Shown here: in pieces, positions 16,602 to 25,871 of the stretch | Layout of the letters: each line of letters begins with the position of its first letter | Position numbering within the stretch: position 1 is the stretch's first letter | Assembly (NCBI RefSeq): GCF_005696695.1 | Contig: NZ_CP040006.1 | Location: 1,200,001-1,232,000 of the forward strand | DNA from: Schaalia odontolytica | GTDB taxonomy: Bacteria; Actinomycetota; Actinomycetes; Actinomycetales; Actinomycetaceae | Direction: 5' to 3' | Length of the DNA stretch: 32,000 nucleotides | Position numbers and translations under genes: made by a program | Notes under the pieces: model-generated | The model's input: the letters and a program-made list of their open reading frames with translations, nothing else | What the model was told of the DNA's origin: nothing | Databases searched by the model: none

Positions 16602-17402
16602 TCACTGGTAGGTGGCGAACTGGGGCGGGCGCGGAGTTGCAATCGACTCGATCGTGATGTCCGTCGACGGCGTGATCGCCACATTGGCGCCCTTGGCGCG
16701 CATCTGCGCCGCTGAACCAGCCTGGATATCCAACGCCGTGGCTATCGTCTGAGACTCCCCGATCACCTTCCACGTGTAGGGCGACTCAATGGGAGTTCCA
16801 TCAACCGCAATCGAGCCGGCCTGCCCTGTGAAGGAGGACCTCGTTGAGAGGCGAATACCGTTGAGTTCGATCACCTCGGCGCCCGCATTGCGCAATTCGC
16901 CCAGCGTCATGACGAACTGCGTCGACGTCAGGTTCGCGCCGGCGTCGACGACCGAGACCGTCACGCCGGGGCCGTGGACGGGCACTGTGCCCGCGGCGAT
17001 CTGTGCCTGCGTTTCGGCCTTACGTGCCGCCTGCTCACGAGCCTGTGCTTCATCCGCGGCACTGCGCAGTTCGTCGAGTTCGCTGGACAGTTCACCGCGA
17101 CGCGTGCGTAGGTTTTGTTCCTGCGTGCCCAACTCATCAAGAACCGTGACGAGATCTTGTTCGGACAGCCCTTCGAGAGGGTCGGACCGCTGCGCGCGCA
17201 CCTGCGTGGCAAGAGCGAATCCCAAAATCATAAAGATCACGAGCATCACAACGTGCAAACCACGGGGCAGCGCGAAGAACGCCTGCCGCGCCCGCGCCCA
17301 CAGGCGCGGTCCGCTGTGTGGCTCACGGTGAACGCCGTGCCCGCGGGGCGCTGTCTCACGCTCGGGCGCGGTGGGGATCGTCTCTGGGCTCTGTTCGCTC
17401 AT
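16602..17402 (-). CDS. DUF881 family membrane-anchored protein (YlxW/YlxX-like, cell-division cluster)
   Basis: 266-aa ORF with one TM segment (VVMLVIFMILGFALA), a coiled-coil region, and a conserved C-terminal part (GPGVTVSVVD...LRNAGAEVIELNGIRL). It belongs to the DUF881-sbp-DUF881 trio, as in Rv1823-1825. Confidence 0.75.
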   Translation of the reverse strand: MSEQSPETIPTAPERETAPRGHGVHREPHSGPRLWARARQAFFALPRGLHVVMLVIFMILGFALATQVRAQRSDPLEGLSEQDLVTVLDELGTQEQNLRTRRGELSSELDELRSAADEAQAREQAARKAETQAQIAAGTVPVHGPGVTVSVVDAGANLTSTQFVMTLGELRNAGAEVIELNGIRLSTRSSFTGQAGSIAVDGTPIESPYTWKVIGESQTIATALDIQAGSAAQMRAKGANVAITPSTDITIESIATPRPPQFATYQ

Positions 17403-17403
17403 G

Positions 17404-17736
17404 TCAGGCCTTCAGTAGCAGACGGCGGATCGATGCGGTGTTGGAGAAAATTCGAATACCCAGCACGACGACAACGGCCGTGGTCATGGCGGATCCAACT
17501 CCCAGCTGAGTCCCCAAGAAAACCAGCAGGCATGCAACGACGACGTTCCAGAAGAAAGAGGTCACGAACACGCGGTCTGCGAAGCGCCCCTCCAGCCATG
17601 CGCGTCCCGCGCCAAAAAGTGCATCCAGGCCGGCAACGACGGCGACGGGAAGGAACGGGGCCAGCCACACGGGCACTGTCGGGTCGAGCAAGACGCCGAG
17701 AACAATGCCGATGATCAATCCGATGACGGCGATCAT
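17404..17736 (-). CDS. sbp: small basic protein Sbp (DUF1290), integral membrane
   Basis: 110-aa ORF with 3-4 TM segments, lying between two DUF881 genes. ATGA overlap with the upstream gene. Confidence 0.75.
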   Translation of the reverse strand: MIAVIGLIIGIVLGVLLDPTVPVWLAPFLPVAVVAGLDALFGAGRAWLEGRFADRVFVTSFFWNVVVACLLVFLGTQLGVGSAMTTAVVVVLGIRIFSNTASIRRLLLKA

Positions 17737-18593
17737 TGAGTGTCTCCTTCGGGTTGTGTATCCAGCGGTTGTGCGTACTGCGATGAGGTCGGTGCCTGCG
17801 CTTCCATGCGCAGCGACTGGGAGACCTTCGAGCTCACAGTCATGCCGCTGACTGATTGAGCGGCGGACAGGTAGTCACCGGTAGCGCCGCGGACGAGCGC
17901 AACGGACAGCGCGTTCGAGTCCCCGATCGCCGTGATCTCGTAGGGAGAGGACACGGGGGTGACGTTGACCAGAATGGCCGACCCTGCGGTGCGCACGAAA
18001 GTATCTGGTCCGATGCGCTGGCCGTTGACTGAAATGGCTTCCGCACCGGCAGCCCAAAGGGCGTTGACGACCATCGCAACGTCCTGGTCCCGGACAGCTC
18101 CGCTACCCTTTCCCGGGCCGCTTCGATCCGTGAGCGTGACGGTGATGCCGGGGCCGCTGACAGGTCGTGTCGCCGTCACCAGGTCTCGCGCACCATCCAC
18201 GGCGATTGGTGAGCCAGACTGTGACAGGTCATCGATGGCGCGGCCGAGCGACTGCACCTCATCATTCAAGGCTTCGACATTGCTCGTCCGCGTAGCAGCC
18301 TGCTCTTTCAGGTCGGCTTTCACGTCATTGGACGGGCGCCGCAGCGAATCGATAGCGATGACCGATCCAAACCCAAGCGCTACGGCCACTGCGAAGACGG
18401 CGATGCGGCTGACAAGGCTCGTGGGCCGTGAGCCGTGGTCTGCTTGGTAGTGCTCGTAACCGGCGTCCAGCGGATTGGCGAGGAGCGACGTGAGCAGGGA
18501 CATCGAGGCCGCGGGGTCCACGGACGAGGCCTGGGCAGGAGCGTCGTCGTGCTCCTCCCCCGGCTTCGTGCCTCGATGTCCCGGCTGTGTCAC
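17733..18593 (-). CDS. DUF881 family membrane-anchored protein
   Basis: 286-aa paralogue of 16602..17402 (GPGITVTLTD...ALWAAGAEAISVNGQRIG...PYEITAIG). Its GTG start overlaps the pepN stop (GTGA at 18590-18593). The true start could lie further downstream. Confidence 0.75.
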   Translation of the reverse strand: MTQPGHRGTKPGEEHDDAPAQASSVDPAASMSLLTSLLANPLDAGYEHYQADHGSRPTSLVSRIAVFAVAVALGFGSVIAIDSLRRPSNDVKADLKEQAATRTSNVEALNDEVQSLGRAIDDLSQSGSPIAVDGARDLVTATRPVSGPGITVTLTDRSGPGKGSGAVRDQDVAMVVNALWAAGAEAISVNGQRIGPDTFVRTAGSAILVNVTPVSSPYEITAIGDSNALSVALVRGATGDYLSAAQSVSGMTVSSKVSQSLRMEAQAPTSSQYAQPLDTQPEGDTQ

Positions 18594-21169
18594 TGGCCCG
18601 AACTCCAGCGGCGCTGCACGCGCTCGTCGCGTTCGAAAGAGTCGAGATGCTCAACGACTATGCGGCGCAGCTGTGCAGGGGCATCCGTGTGCTCCTCGAT
18701 CCAACGGCGCAGCAGTCCAACGGAGCGCTCGACGCTACCATCGCGGTCAACGTCGACACCGAGAGCGAGGACGCCGTTGGCGTAGCGCAGCGCCATGCCG
18801 ATCGTGTGACTCTCCCAGTAGGAGATCATGCGCTCGACGGCGCTCTCAATTCCGCTCTCGCCCTCCCACGACGAGGCCTGCAGGCCGGCCAGGGTTGCGG
18901 TCAGGTAGTCGTTCGACAGGGAATCGCAGAACACCGACTCCCAGGCCCGCGCGCGTGCTTCTTCCGAGGGCAGTGACGCGAGGGCCTCGACGCTCATGCG
19001 AGCGGCTTCGCCTGAGCCGTCGGCACTGCGCCAGGCCTCGATGGACTCCTCATCGACGAGGCCGCGTGCAGCCAGGGCGCGGCGCGCACGCCAGGCGATA
19101 TCGGGGTTGTCGCTGCTGGCGAAGTCCCGGACCGTGGCCTCATACTCGTCGCCGCCGCGGGCTGCGAACTCGGCGATGAATGCGCGCGTGTACGAACGCC
19201 ACGCATCGGAATCCTCGGTCTCACGAGACAGACGAATCGTCGTCGCAAGCACCTGGTCATGCACATCCGAGCGAGCCTGCCCCGGCAGGAAGGACGAAAT
19301 GGCCTCGGCGACGAACAGGAGGAGACGATCGCGGATCGCGGGTTCAGTTTCGGACGGAACGGCGTTAAGAACAGCGACCACGAAGCGGCGTGGATCCAGC
19401 AAGCCGTCACGCACCGCGTTCCAGAGAGACGCCCAGATAACGGCGCGCGTGATAGCCGCATCAATGGTGCCCACGTAAGCCAGCGCGACGTCGGTCGAGC
19501 GCTCGTCGAGGCGCGAGATCGCGTAGGTGAGGTCATCGTCGTTCACGACGACAAGGTCAGCGGACGCGGCGCCGCCGGGCACCGCCACAACACCCTCGGG
19601 ATCAATGGGGGCGCTGTCACCGTCGATGCGGACGTCAAACACATGCGTACGCTCAAGCGCCCCGGCAGCGACGCGCCACGTCGAAACGGTCACGCGGTGG
19701 GGACGCAGCACACCGTTGCAGGCCTCGCCACCCTGATGAAGCGTGAAGTCCGTGATCGCACCGACGCTATCGGTGACCCACGAAGCCGACAGCGTCGACG
19801 GGCCAGAGGTCTCCAGCCACGCGCTCTTCCAGGAAGAAAGCTCCTGCTGCGAGGCGCCTTCAAGCGCAACGAGCAGATCCTGCAGGTTGGTCGCGCCGAA
19901 CTGATGCTCAGCAAAGTAGCGACGTGCCCCCTCGTAGAAGGCGTCCTCCCCGACCCAGGCAACCAGCTGCTTGAGAACGGAGGCACCCTTCGCGTAGGTG
20001 ATGCCGTCGAAGTTTGTCTTGGCTGCGGCGACGTCCGGGATGTCGGCGGCGATCGGGTGCGTGGTCGGCATCTGGTCCTGCGTGTAGGCCCAGATCTTGC
20101 GGTTCATCGCAAAGTTCGCCCATTCGCCCACGTAGCGCGTGGCCGTCGCAATCGCGCTGGCGCCCTGGTTCTCAGCGAAGGACTCCTTGAGCCACAGGTC
20201 ATCCCACCAGGAGGGCGTGGCGAGGTCACCAAACCACATGTGGCACATTTCGTGCAGCGTTGTGTTCGCGCGGCGCTGGCGCTCGGAGAAGGTGGGCGTC
20301 GAGCGCGAAATGTAGTTCTCGTTGAAGGTAATGCATCCCGGGTTTTCCATGGCGCCGAGGTTGTATTCGGGCACGTACACCTGGTCGTAAGATCCCCACG
20401 GGAAGGTCACTCCGTAGCGCTCGTGGAAAAAGTCGAGTCCTGCACGAGTCACTTCAAACACGTCGTCGGAGTCGAGGTAGCGCGCGAGCGTACGGCGGCA
20501 CAGCAGGCGCAGCTCGAGCTCAGCATGGCCACCATCCAACGCTCCGCCGCTCCACGTGCCGCCGTCGATGACCGCCCACGGGCCGGCAACAATCGCCGTG
20601 ATGTAGCTCGAGAGCGGGCGCGTCGCCGTGAAGTCATGGCGCAGCGCACCCGAGTCATCCACGGCCTCGACGGCAGTCTCAACTCCGTTGGAGGAGACGA
20701 CCCAGCCTGCGGGAGCAATGACGTGGAACGTCCACTCGGGCTTCACATCCGGCTGGTCCACGCACGGCCACGCACGGTGAGCGTCGTTGGGCTCGAACTG
20801 GGTGTAAAGGTAGACTTCGCCATCCTCGGGATCGGTGTAGCGGTGCAGGCCCTCGCCGCTGCGCGAGTAGCTCGCCAGGGCGCGAACCTCGAGGGTGATC
20901 GTCTCCCCCACCGGCAGGCCTCCGACCCACACGCGATCTTCGTCGTCCTCGAAAGCGTGCGGTTCACCATTGAGGAGAACCTCGGTGACCTCACCAGCGA
21001 TGTCGATGAAGGTGCGTTCCTCATCCGACGTCAACGTCAGCGTCGACGTCACCGGATAAGTCGGATTCGTGGTGTCCTGGGCGCCTCGAATATCGACAAC
21101 AACGTCGATGGCGGAGACGTGAAGATGGGCAGCGCGATGGTTTGCTTCGTTGCGTGTCAAAATCTGCAT
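18590..21169 (-). CDS. pepN: aminopeptidase N (M1 family)
   Basis: 859-aa ORF with the GAMEN motif (NLGAMENPG), the zinc motif HEMCHMWFGD and the downstream WLKESFAE. Confidence 0.95.
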   Translation of the reverse strand: MQILTRNEANHRAAHLHVSAIDVVVDIRGAQDTTNPTYPVTSTLTLTSDEERTFIDIAGEVTEVLLNGEPHAFEDDEDRVWVGGLPVGETITLEVRALASYSRSGEGLHRYTDPEDGEVYLYTQFEPNDAHRAWPCVDQPDVKPEWTFHVIAPAGWVVSSNGVETAVEAVDDSGALRHDFTATRPLSSYITAIVAGPWAVIDGGTWSGGALDGGHAELELRLLCRRTLARYLDSDDVFEVTRAGLDFFHERYGVTFPWGSYDQVYVPEYNLGAMENPGCITFNENYISRSTPTFSERQRRANTTLHEMCHMWFGDLATPSWWDDLWLKESFAENQGASAIATATRYVGEWANFAMNRKIWAYTQDQMPTTHPIAADIPDVAAAKTNFDGITYAKGASVLKQLVAWVGEDAFYEGARRYFAEHQFGATNLQDLLVALEGASQQELSSWKSAWLETSGPSTLSASWVTDSVGAITDFTLHQGGEACNGVLRPHRVTVSTWRVAAGALERTHVFDVRIDGDSAPIDPEGVVAVPGGAASADLVVVNDDDLTYAISRLDERSTDVALAYVGTIDAAITRAVIWASLWNAVRDGLLDPRRFVVAVLNAVPSETEPAIRDRLLLFVAEAISSFLPGQARSDVHDQVLATTIRLSRETEDSDAWRSYTRAFIAEFAARGGDEYEATVRDFASSDNPDIAWRARRALAARGLVDEESIEAWRSADGSGEAARMSVEALASLPSEEARARAWESVFCDSLSNDYLTATLAGLQASSWEGESGIESAVERMISYWESHTIGMALRYANGVLALGVDVDRDGSVERSVGLLRRWIEEHTDAPAQLRRIVVEHLDSFERDERVQRRWSSGQ

Positions 21170-21241
21170 GGCACCTATCCTACTGTGTCACGGCCGGTAT
21201 GTGTGGCGCGCGCCGCCGTCGCGACGAACTAGAGTAGACCC

Positions 21242-22822
21242 ATGACTTCAGTGACTGATATTCGTCCCACGATCGCGCCGGTCCCGTTGAAGACTGCCCT
21301 GGCGGGCCTGGACATCCAGGGGTTCTACGCCGCCGACGGCCAGCTCGCGCAGATCGCAGAGTCCCCCCTCAGCCTGCGCGGCATCACCGTGTCGTCCGAC
21401 GACTGCGAGGCCGACTGGCTGTTCGTCGCAATTCCGGGCCTTAAGCAGCACGGTATTCGTTTCGCGAACGCGGCGATCGAGGCCGGGGCGAGTGTCGTTC
21501 TCACGGACGAGGAGGGCCGCACGCAGGCCTTTGAACGAGGCCTGGGCGTGCCCGTCATTCAGGTGGCCGACCCGCGCGCCATCGTTCCGCAGCTGTGTGC
21601 GAATATCTACGCATCCCCCGCCACTCACCTCACGACGATGGCAGTGACTGGCACGAATGGGAAGACGACAACCTCCTACCTGATGCGCGCCGCCATCGCG
21701 TCACGATTCCCCAACGCGTCGCTGTGCGGCACGGTGGAAACGCACGTCGGCCCCATTTCGTTCGAGGCCGTGCGTACGACCGCCGAGGCTCCCGTCGTCG
21801 CACGCTTCCTGACGGCCACCGAACAGTACGAGTGCGGCGCCGGCGTTATCGAGCTGTCGGCACACGCACTGTCCCTGCACCGCGTCGACGGCATCGTCTT
21901 CGACGTAGCCGCGTTTACGAACCTGCAGCATGACCACCTCGACTATTACGGTGACATGGAGAACTACTTCCAGGCGAAGGCACTCCTGTTCACCCCCGAG
22001 CATTCCCGCCACGGCGTCGTCTGCGTGGATGACGAATGGGGTCGCCGCCTCGCTCAGCAGGCGACCGTGCCGGTCACGACGGTGTCCGCGCTGACCGAAG
22101 AGGCCGCCGACTGGCAGGTCCGAGATGTTACGCCCGATCAGACGATCGGACGCACCGTATTTTCCCTTGTCGACCCGTCAGGCACCGGGCACCGCGTCGC
22201 CATGCCGATCCTGGGTGAGGTCAATATTCAAAACACTGCCGTCGCGATCGTCAGCGCAGTGAGCCTCGGCATCGACCCTGCGGATGTGATCTCGGCAATC
22301 GAGGATGCTCCCCAGATCCCGGGACGCATGGAGAAGGTCAACCCGACGCCCGGCAGACAGCCGCTCGTCATCGTCGACTACGCCCATACGCCCGAGGCCC
22401 TCGAATGGACCCTGCGCTCAACCCGCGAGTTGACCCCCGGCCGTGTTGTCGTCGTCTTTGGAACGGACGGCGATCGTGATGCCACCAAGCGTGAACACCT
22501 CGCGCAGATCGCCGCGCGCGAAGCCGACGTGCTGTGGGTGACGGACGAGAACCCGCGCACCGAGGACCCGCAGGAAATCCGCGACTACCTGCTGCGCGGC
22601 ATCGCATCCGTGCGTCCGGGCATGGAAGACGTCACCGAGGTAACAACCTGCCGCCGCGACGCCGTGCGACGCGCGATCCTCGCAGCTGAGCCCGGCGACA
22701 CCGTCATCATCACGGGTAAGGGAGCCGAGTGGTACCAGGAAATCCAGGGGATCCACCACCGATACAACGACGTGCCCGTCGCCGCCGAGGTCCTCGTGGG
22801 CGACGTGCGCTCGCACGAATAA
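21242..22822 (+). CDS. murE: Mur ligase, MurE type (UDP-MurNAc-L-Ala-D-Glu : diamino acid ligase)
   Basis: 526-aa ORF with the P-loop VTGTNGKTTTSYL, central and C-terminal Mur ligase regions (IVDYAHTPEAL), and a DENPR motif where DAP-adding enzymes have DNPR. Confidence 0.8.
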   Translation: MTSVTDIRPTIAPVPLKTALAGLDIQGFYAADGQLAQIAESPLSLRGITVSSDDCEADWLFVAIPGLKQHGIRFANAAIEAGASVVLTDEEGRTQAFERGLGVPVIQVADPRAIVPQLCANIYASPATHLTTMAVTGTNGKTTTSYLMRAAIASRFPNASLCGTVETHVGPISFEAVRTTAEAPVVARFLTATEQYECGAGVIELSAHALSLHRVDGIVFDVAAFTNLQHDHLDYYGDMENYFQAKALLFTPEHSRHGVVCVDDEWGRRLAQQATVPVTTVSALTEEAADWQVRDVTPDQTIGRTVFSLVDPSGTGHRVAMPILGEVNIQNTAVAIVSAVSLGIDPADVISAIEDAPQIPGRMEKVNPTPGRQPLVIVDYAHTPEALEWTLRSTRELTPGRVVVVFGTDGDRDATKREHLAQIAAREADVLWVTDENPRTEDPQEIRDYLLRGIASVRPGMEDVTEVTTCRRDAVRRAILAAEPGDTVIITGKGAEWYQEIQGIHHRYNDVPVAAEVLVGDVRSHE

Positions 22823-22842
22823 AAGCTGCGAAGCTGTGAACT

Positions 22843-22883
22843 GGCGCGCCGCACAGGCTCCCATCGGGCCTTTGCGGCGCGCC
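22843..22883 (+). terminator. GC-rich hairpin after murE (11-bp stem GGCGCGCCGCA / TGCGGCGCGCC), no U tract
   Basis: Read directly from the sequence, between the murE stop (22822) and the der start (22902). Confidence 0.45.
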
Positions 22884-22901
22884 ACGCCGTAGACTGGGCG
22901 G

Positions 22902-24455
22902 GTGAATGACTTTGACAACCAGCCCGACGTGACCGCCGAATTCGACGCGGACGCGGCCGAGAACTACATCGCCGACGCAGCCGGCGCCGCGCCTGACGCG
23001 ATCGAACTGAGCGACGAAGAGACCGAGGCTCGCGCCCGTCTCATGCGCGCCAACCTCGACCAATTCGACTTGGACGAGGAGGACCTGGCGCTCCTGGCCG
23101 GCGAGTCTGCGCTCGCGGACTCTGACGACGTCGCGGCCGGCCTGCCCGTTCTTGCAGTCGTCGGCCGCCCCAACGTCGGCAAGTCCACGCTGGTCAACCG
23201 CATCCTTGGTCGCCGCGAAGCGGTCGTACAGGACACGCCGGGCGTCACCCGCGATCGCGTCTCGTACCCCGCCGAATGGGCGGGTCGCGACTTCACGCTC
23301 GTCGACACGGGCGGCTGGGAGATCGACGTCAAAGGTCTGGATCGTTCCGTCGCCGAGCAAGCGGAGATCGCCGTCGACCTCGCTGACGCCGTCGTCCTCG
23401 TCCTAGACGCGACCGTCGGCGTCACAGCCTCGGACGAGCGCATCGTGGAGATGCTGCGCGCCAAGAAGAAGCCGATCATCCTGGCCGCTAACAAGGTGGA
23501 CTCTCCCCTGCAGGAGGCCGACGCTGCCTACCTGTGGAGCCTCGGCCTGGGCGAGCCTTATCCCATTTCCGCCCTGCATGGACGTGGCACCGGTGATCTC
23601 CTCGACGTCGTCATGGAGGTCCTCCCGACCGAGTCGGCCGTTGCCTCGGCCCTGCCGTCCGGCGGTCCGCGTCGTGTCGCCCTCGTCGGTCGCCCCAACG
23701 TTGGCAAGTCGTCCCTGCTGAACGCGCTGGCCGGCGGCGAGCGCGTCGTCGTCAACGAACTCGCCGGCACCACACGTGACCCCGTCGATGAGCTCATTGA
23801 GCTCGATGGCCGCTCGTGGTGGTTCGTCGACACCGCGGGTATCCGCCGCAAGATGCACCGGACGACAGGCGCCGACTACTACGCCTCCATCCGCACCCAG
23901 GCCGCCATCGAGAAGGCCGAGGTCGCCCTCGTCCTCATCGACGGTTCGACGCCGCTGACCGAGCAGGACGTGCGAGTCGTCCAGCAGGTTATCGACGCGG
24001 GCCGCGCGCTCGTCGTCGTCACCAACAAGTGGGATCTCGTCGACGAGGACCGCCAGAAGGAGATCAAGAACGAGCTCGAGCGCGAGCTGGTTCAGATCCA
24101 GTGGGCGCCGCGCATCAACCTGGCCGCGAAGACCGGCTGGCACACTAACCGCATCGTGCGCGCCCTCGACACCGCGCTCGAAGGCTGGGAGACCCGCATC
24201 CCCACCGGACAGCTCAACGCGTTCCTCGGTCAGCTCGTTGCCGCGCACCCCCACCCACTGCGTGGCGGTAAGCAGCCCCGTATTCTCTTCGGCACCCAGG
24301 CCTCGAGCAAGCCCCCGCGCTTCGTGCTGTTCACGACGGGCTTCCTCGATCCCGGATACCGCCGCTTCATCGAACGGCGACTGCGCGAGACTTTCGGCTT
24401 CGCCGGCACGCCGATTCAGATTTCGGTGCGTGTGCGCGAGAAGCGACGCAGGTGA
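22902..24455 (+). CDS. der: ribosome-biogenesis GTPase Der/EngA with acidic N-terminal extension
   Basis: Two tandem GTPase domains ([10 protein letters not shown] / DTGG / NKVD and [10 protein letters not shown] / DTAG / NKWD) plus a KH-like C-terminus. GTG start. Confidence 0.95.
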   Translation: MNDFDNQPDVTAEFDADAAENYIADAAGAAPDAIELSDEETEARARLMRANLDQFDLDEEDLALLAGESALADSDDVAAGLPVLAVVGRPNVGKSTLVNRILGRREAVVQDTPGVTRDRVSYPAEWAGRDFTLVDTGGWEIDVKGLDRSVAEQAEIAVDLADAVVLVLDATVGVTASDERIVEMLRAKKKPIILAANKVDSPLQEADAAYLWSLGLGEPYPISALHGRGTGDLLDVVMEVLPTESAVASALPSGGPRRVALVGRPNVGKSSLLNALAGGERVVVNELAGTTRDPVDELIELDGRSWWFVDTAGIRRKMHRTTGADYYASIRTQAAIEKAEVALVLIDGSTPLTEQDVRVVQQVIDAGRALVVVTNKWDLVDEDRQKEIKNELERELVQIQWAPRINLAAKTGWHTNRIVRALDTALEGWETRIPTGQLNAFLGQLVAAHPHPLRGGKQPRILFGTQASSKPPRFVLFTTGFLDPGYRRFIERRLRETFGFAGTPIQISVRVREKRRR

Positions 24456-24469
24456 GAACCCTCCGACGC

Positions 24470-24499
24470 GTGGCCCGCTTCCCCCTGGAGGCGGGCCAC
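24470..24499 (+). terminator. 9-bp GC hairpin GTGGCCCGC / GCGGGCCAC after der, no U tract
   Basis: Read directly from the sequence, 15 nt after the der stop. Confidence 0.4.
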
Positions 24500-24524
24500 A
24501 CTCGTAGTCGCCACTCCCCCGTCG

Positions 24525-24566
24525 TGTATCCACAGGGTGTTTTCGTGCGGCACCTTTATCCACAGG
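24525..24566 (+). promoter_or_regulatory. two direct DnaA-box-like repeats, TGTATCCACAGG and TTTATCCACAGG, 30 bp apart
   Basis: The 10-mer TATCCACAGG occurs at 24527-24536 and 24557-24566. The second copy contains TTATCCACA (24556-24564), which equals the E. coli DnaA box consensus. The first copy matches it at 8 of 9 positions. Confidence 0.45.
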
Positions 24567-24616
24567 CATCGCGGATGTCCCTTGACCGCTGAACGCTGGG
24601 CGCGCAGGATCGACAC

Positions 24617-25252
24617 ATGGACACAACACTCGCCCAATCCGCAGTTGCTCCCCTAGCCTCGGGCCTCACCCTGTGCAATGACGGCCTCGTCCGGCCTGCG
24701 TGGGCCTCCCATGACGAGCTGTTACGCAGCTACTACGACACCGAATGGGGGCTGCCCGTCCACGACGAGGCCGGCGTCTTCGAACGCCTCGTCTTGGAGG
24801 GCTTCCAGGCAGGTCTCTCATGGCGCACCGTCCTGGCAAAACGCGAGGCGTTCCGCGCGGCCTTCGAAGGATTCATTCCCGATCGCGTCGCCGCATTCAC
24901 AAGCGATGACGTCGATCGCCTCGTGTACACACCCGGGATCATTCACAATCGCCGCAAGATCGAGGCGGCGATCAGCAACGCTCGCGCAACGGTTGCTATG
25001 AGGAACGATTCTCCCGCGGCAGACGGCCCGACACATCTGGGCGAACTGGTCTGGTCGTATCGGCCGACGCTCGATCCGCTTCCGCGTTCGAAGGACGAGG
25101 TACCAACGCACCTGCCGGAATCCATAGCCCTCGCGGCCGACCTCAAGAACCGCGGTTATCGCTTCGTGGGTCCAACAACGATGCTCGCACTGATGGCGGC
25201 GATCGGCATCGTGAACACCGATATCGTGGGAACGCACCGCAGGCCTCGGTGA
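24617..25252 (+). CDS. tag: DNA-3-methyladenine glycosylase I
   Basis: 211-aa ORF with the Tag signature YYDTEWGLPVHDEAGVFERLVLEGFQAGLSWRTVLAKREAFRAAF. A possible promoter is TTGACC (24582-24587), 17 nt, then CAGGAT (24605-24610). That would place the transcript start at or near the ATG (leaderless). Confidence 0.85.
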   Translation: MDTTLAQSAVAPLASGLTLCNDGLVRPAWASHDELLRSYYDTEWGLPVHDEAGVFERLVLEGFQAGLSWRTVLAKREAFRAAFEGFIPDRVAAFTSDDVDRLVYTPGIIHNRRKIEAAISNARATVAMRNDSPAADGPTHLGELVWSYRPTLDPLPRSKDEVPTHLPESIALAADLKNRGYRFVGPTTMLALMAAIGIVNTDIVGTHRRPR

Positions 25253-25312
25253 AGCACGCAGCCACCGTGGCTGGCTTCCTCGCAGGGCCGCAGAATCTGG
25301 CATGATGGTGCC

Positions 25313-25825
25313 ATGGCACTGTCACAGAAGCTTCTCAGTCAGGACGAGGTTGTCGTCCGCCACATGCACACGCACATCAAGACCCTGCTGCCCGCGATCA
25401 TCGTGGAGTCGATCCTCGTGATCGCAGCGGCGGTCGGTTCGTTCTACGTCCCAGAGAACGCGCGCTACTGGGCACTTGCGACCATCTGGATCGCAGTGCT
25501 CCTCCTGTCGATTCCACTCATCCTTGTTCCCTGGATCAAGTGGATTACAACGACCTACACGGTGACGACGAAGCGAGTCATCACCCGCACGGGCATCATC
25601 AAGCGCACCGGTCACGACCTGCCGCTCACCCGCATCTCCGACATCCAGATCGAAAAGGACTTCGACGACCGGATCTTCGGTTGCGGCACGCTCGCCCTCC
25701 AGACCTCCGCTGACGATCCGTTGCTGCTGCGCGACGTGCCGAAGGTTGAGACGGTGCAGGTCGAGATCTCCAATCTGCTCTTCCACGACATCCAGGGAGC
25801 TATCGACGCGGATCCGACGAGTTGA
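25313..25825 (+). CDS. bacterial PH-domain (bPH_2, YdbS/YdbT-like) membrane protein
   Basis: 170-aa ORF with two TM segments followed by TYTVTTKRVITRTGIIKRTGHDLPLTRISDIQIEKDFDDRIFGCGTLALQT. Confidence 0.7.
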   Translation: MALSQKLLSQDEVVVRHMHTHIKTLLPAIIVESILVIAAAVGSFYVPENARYWALATIWIAVLLLSIPLILVPWIKWITTTYTVTTKRVITRTGIIKRTGHDLPLTRISDIQIEKDFDDRIFGCGTLALQTSADDPLLLRDVPKVETVQVEISNLLFHDIQGAIDADPTS

Positions 25826-25871
25826 TCACACCACGCCAAACCGCGTCCCCACATGCGAATAGACTGCTCTC

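Noticed and set aside
19259-21232. 657-aa ORF on the plus strand, opposite pepN
   Set aside because: It lies entirely antisense to a gene with unambiguous M1 aminopeptidase motifs. Its translation is Arg/Gly/Ala/Val-rich with no recognisable motifs, which is the usual antisense ORF seen in high-GC DNA.
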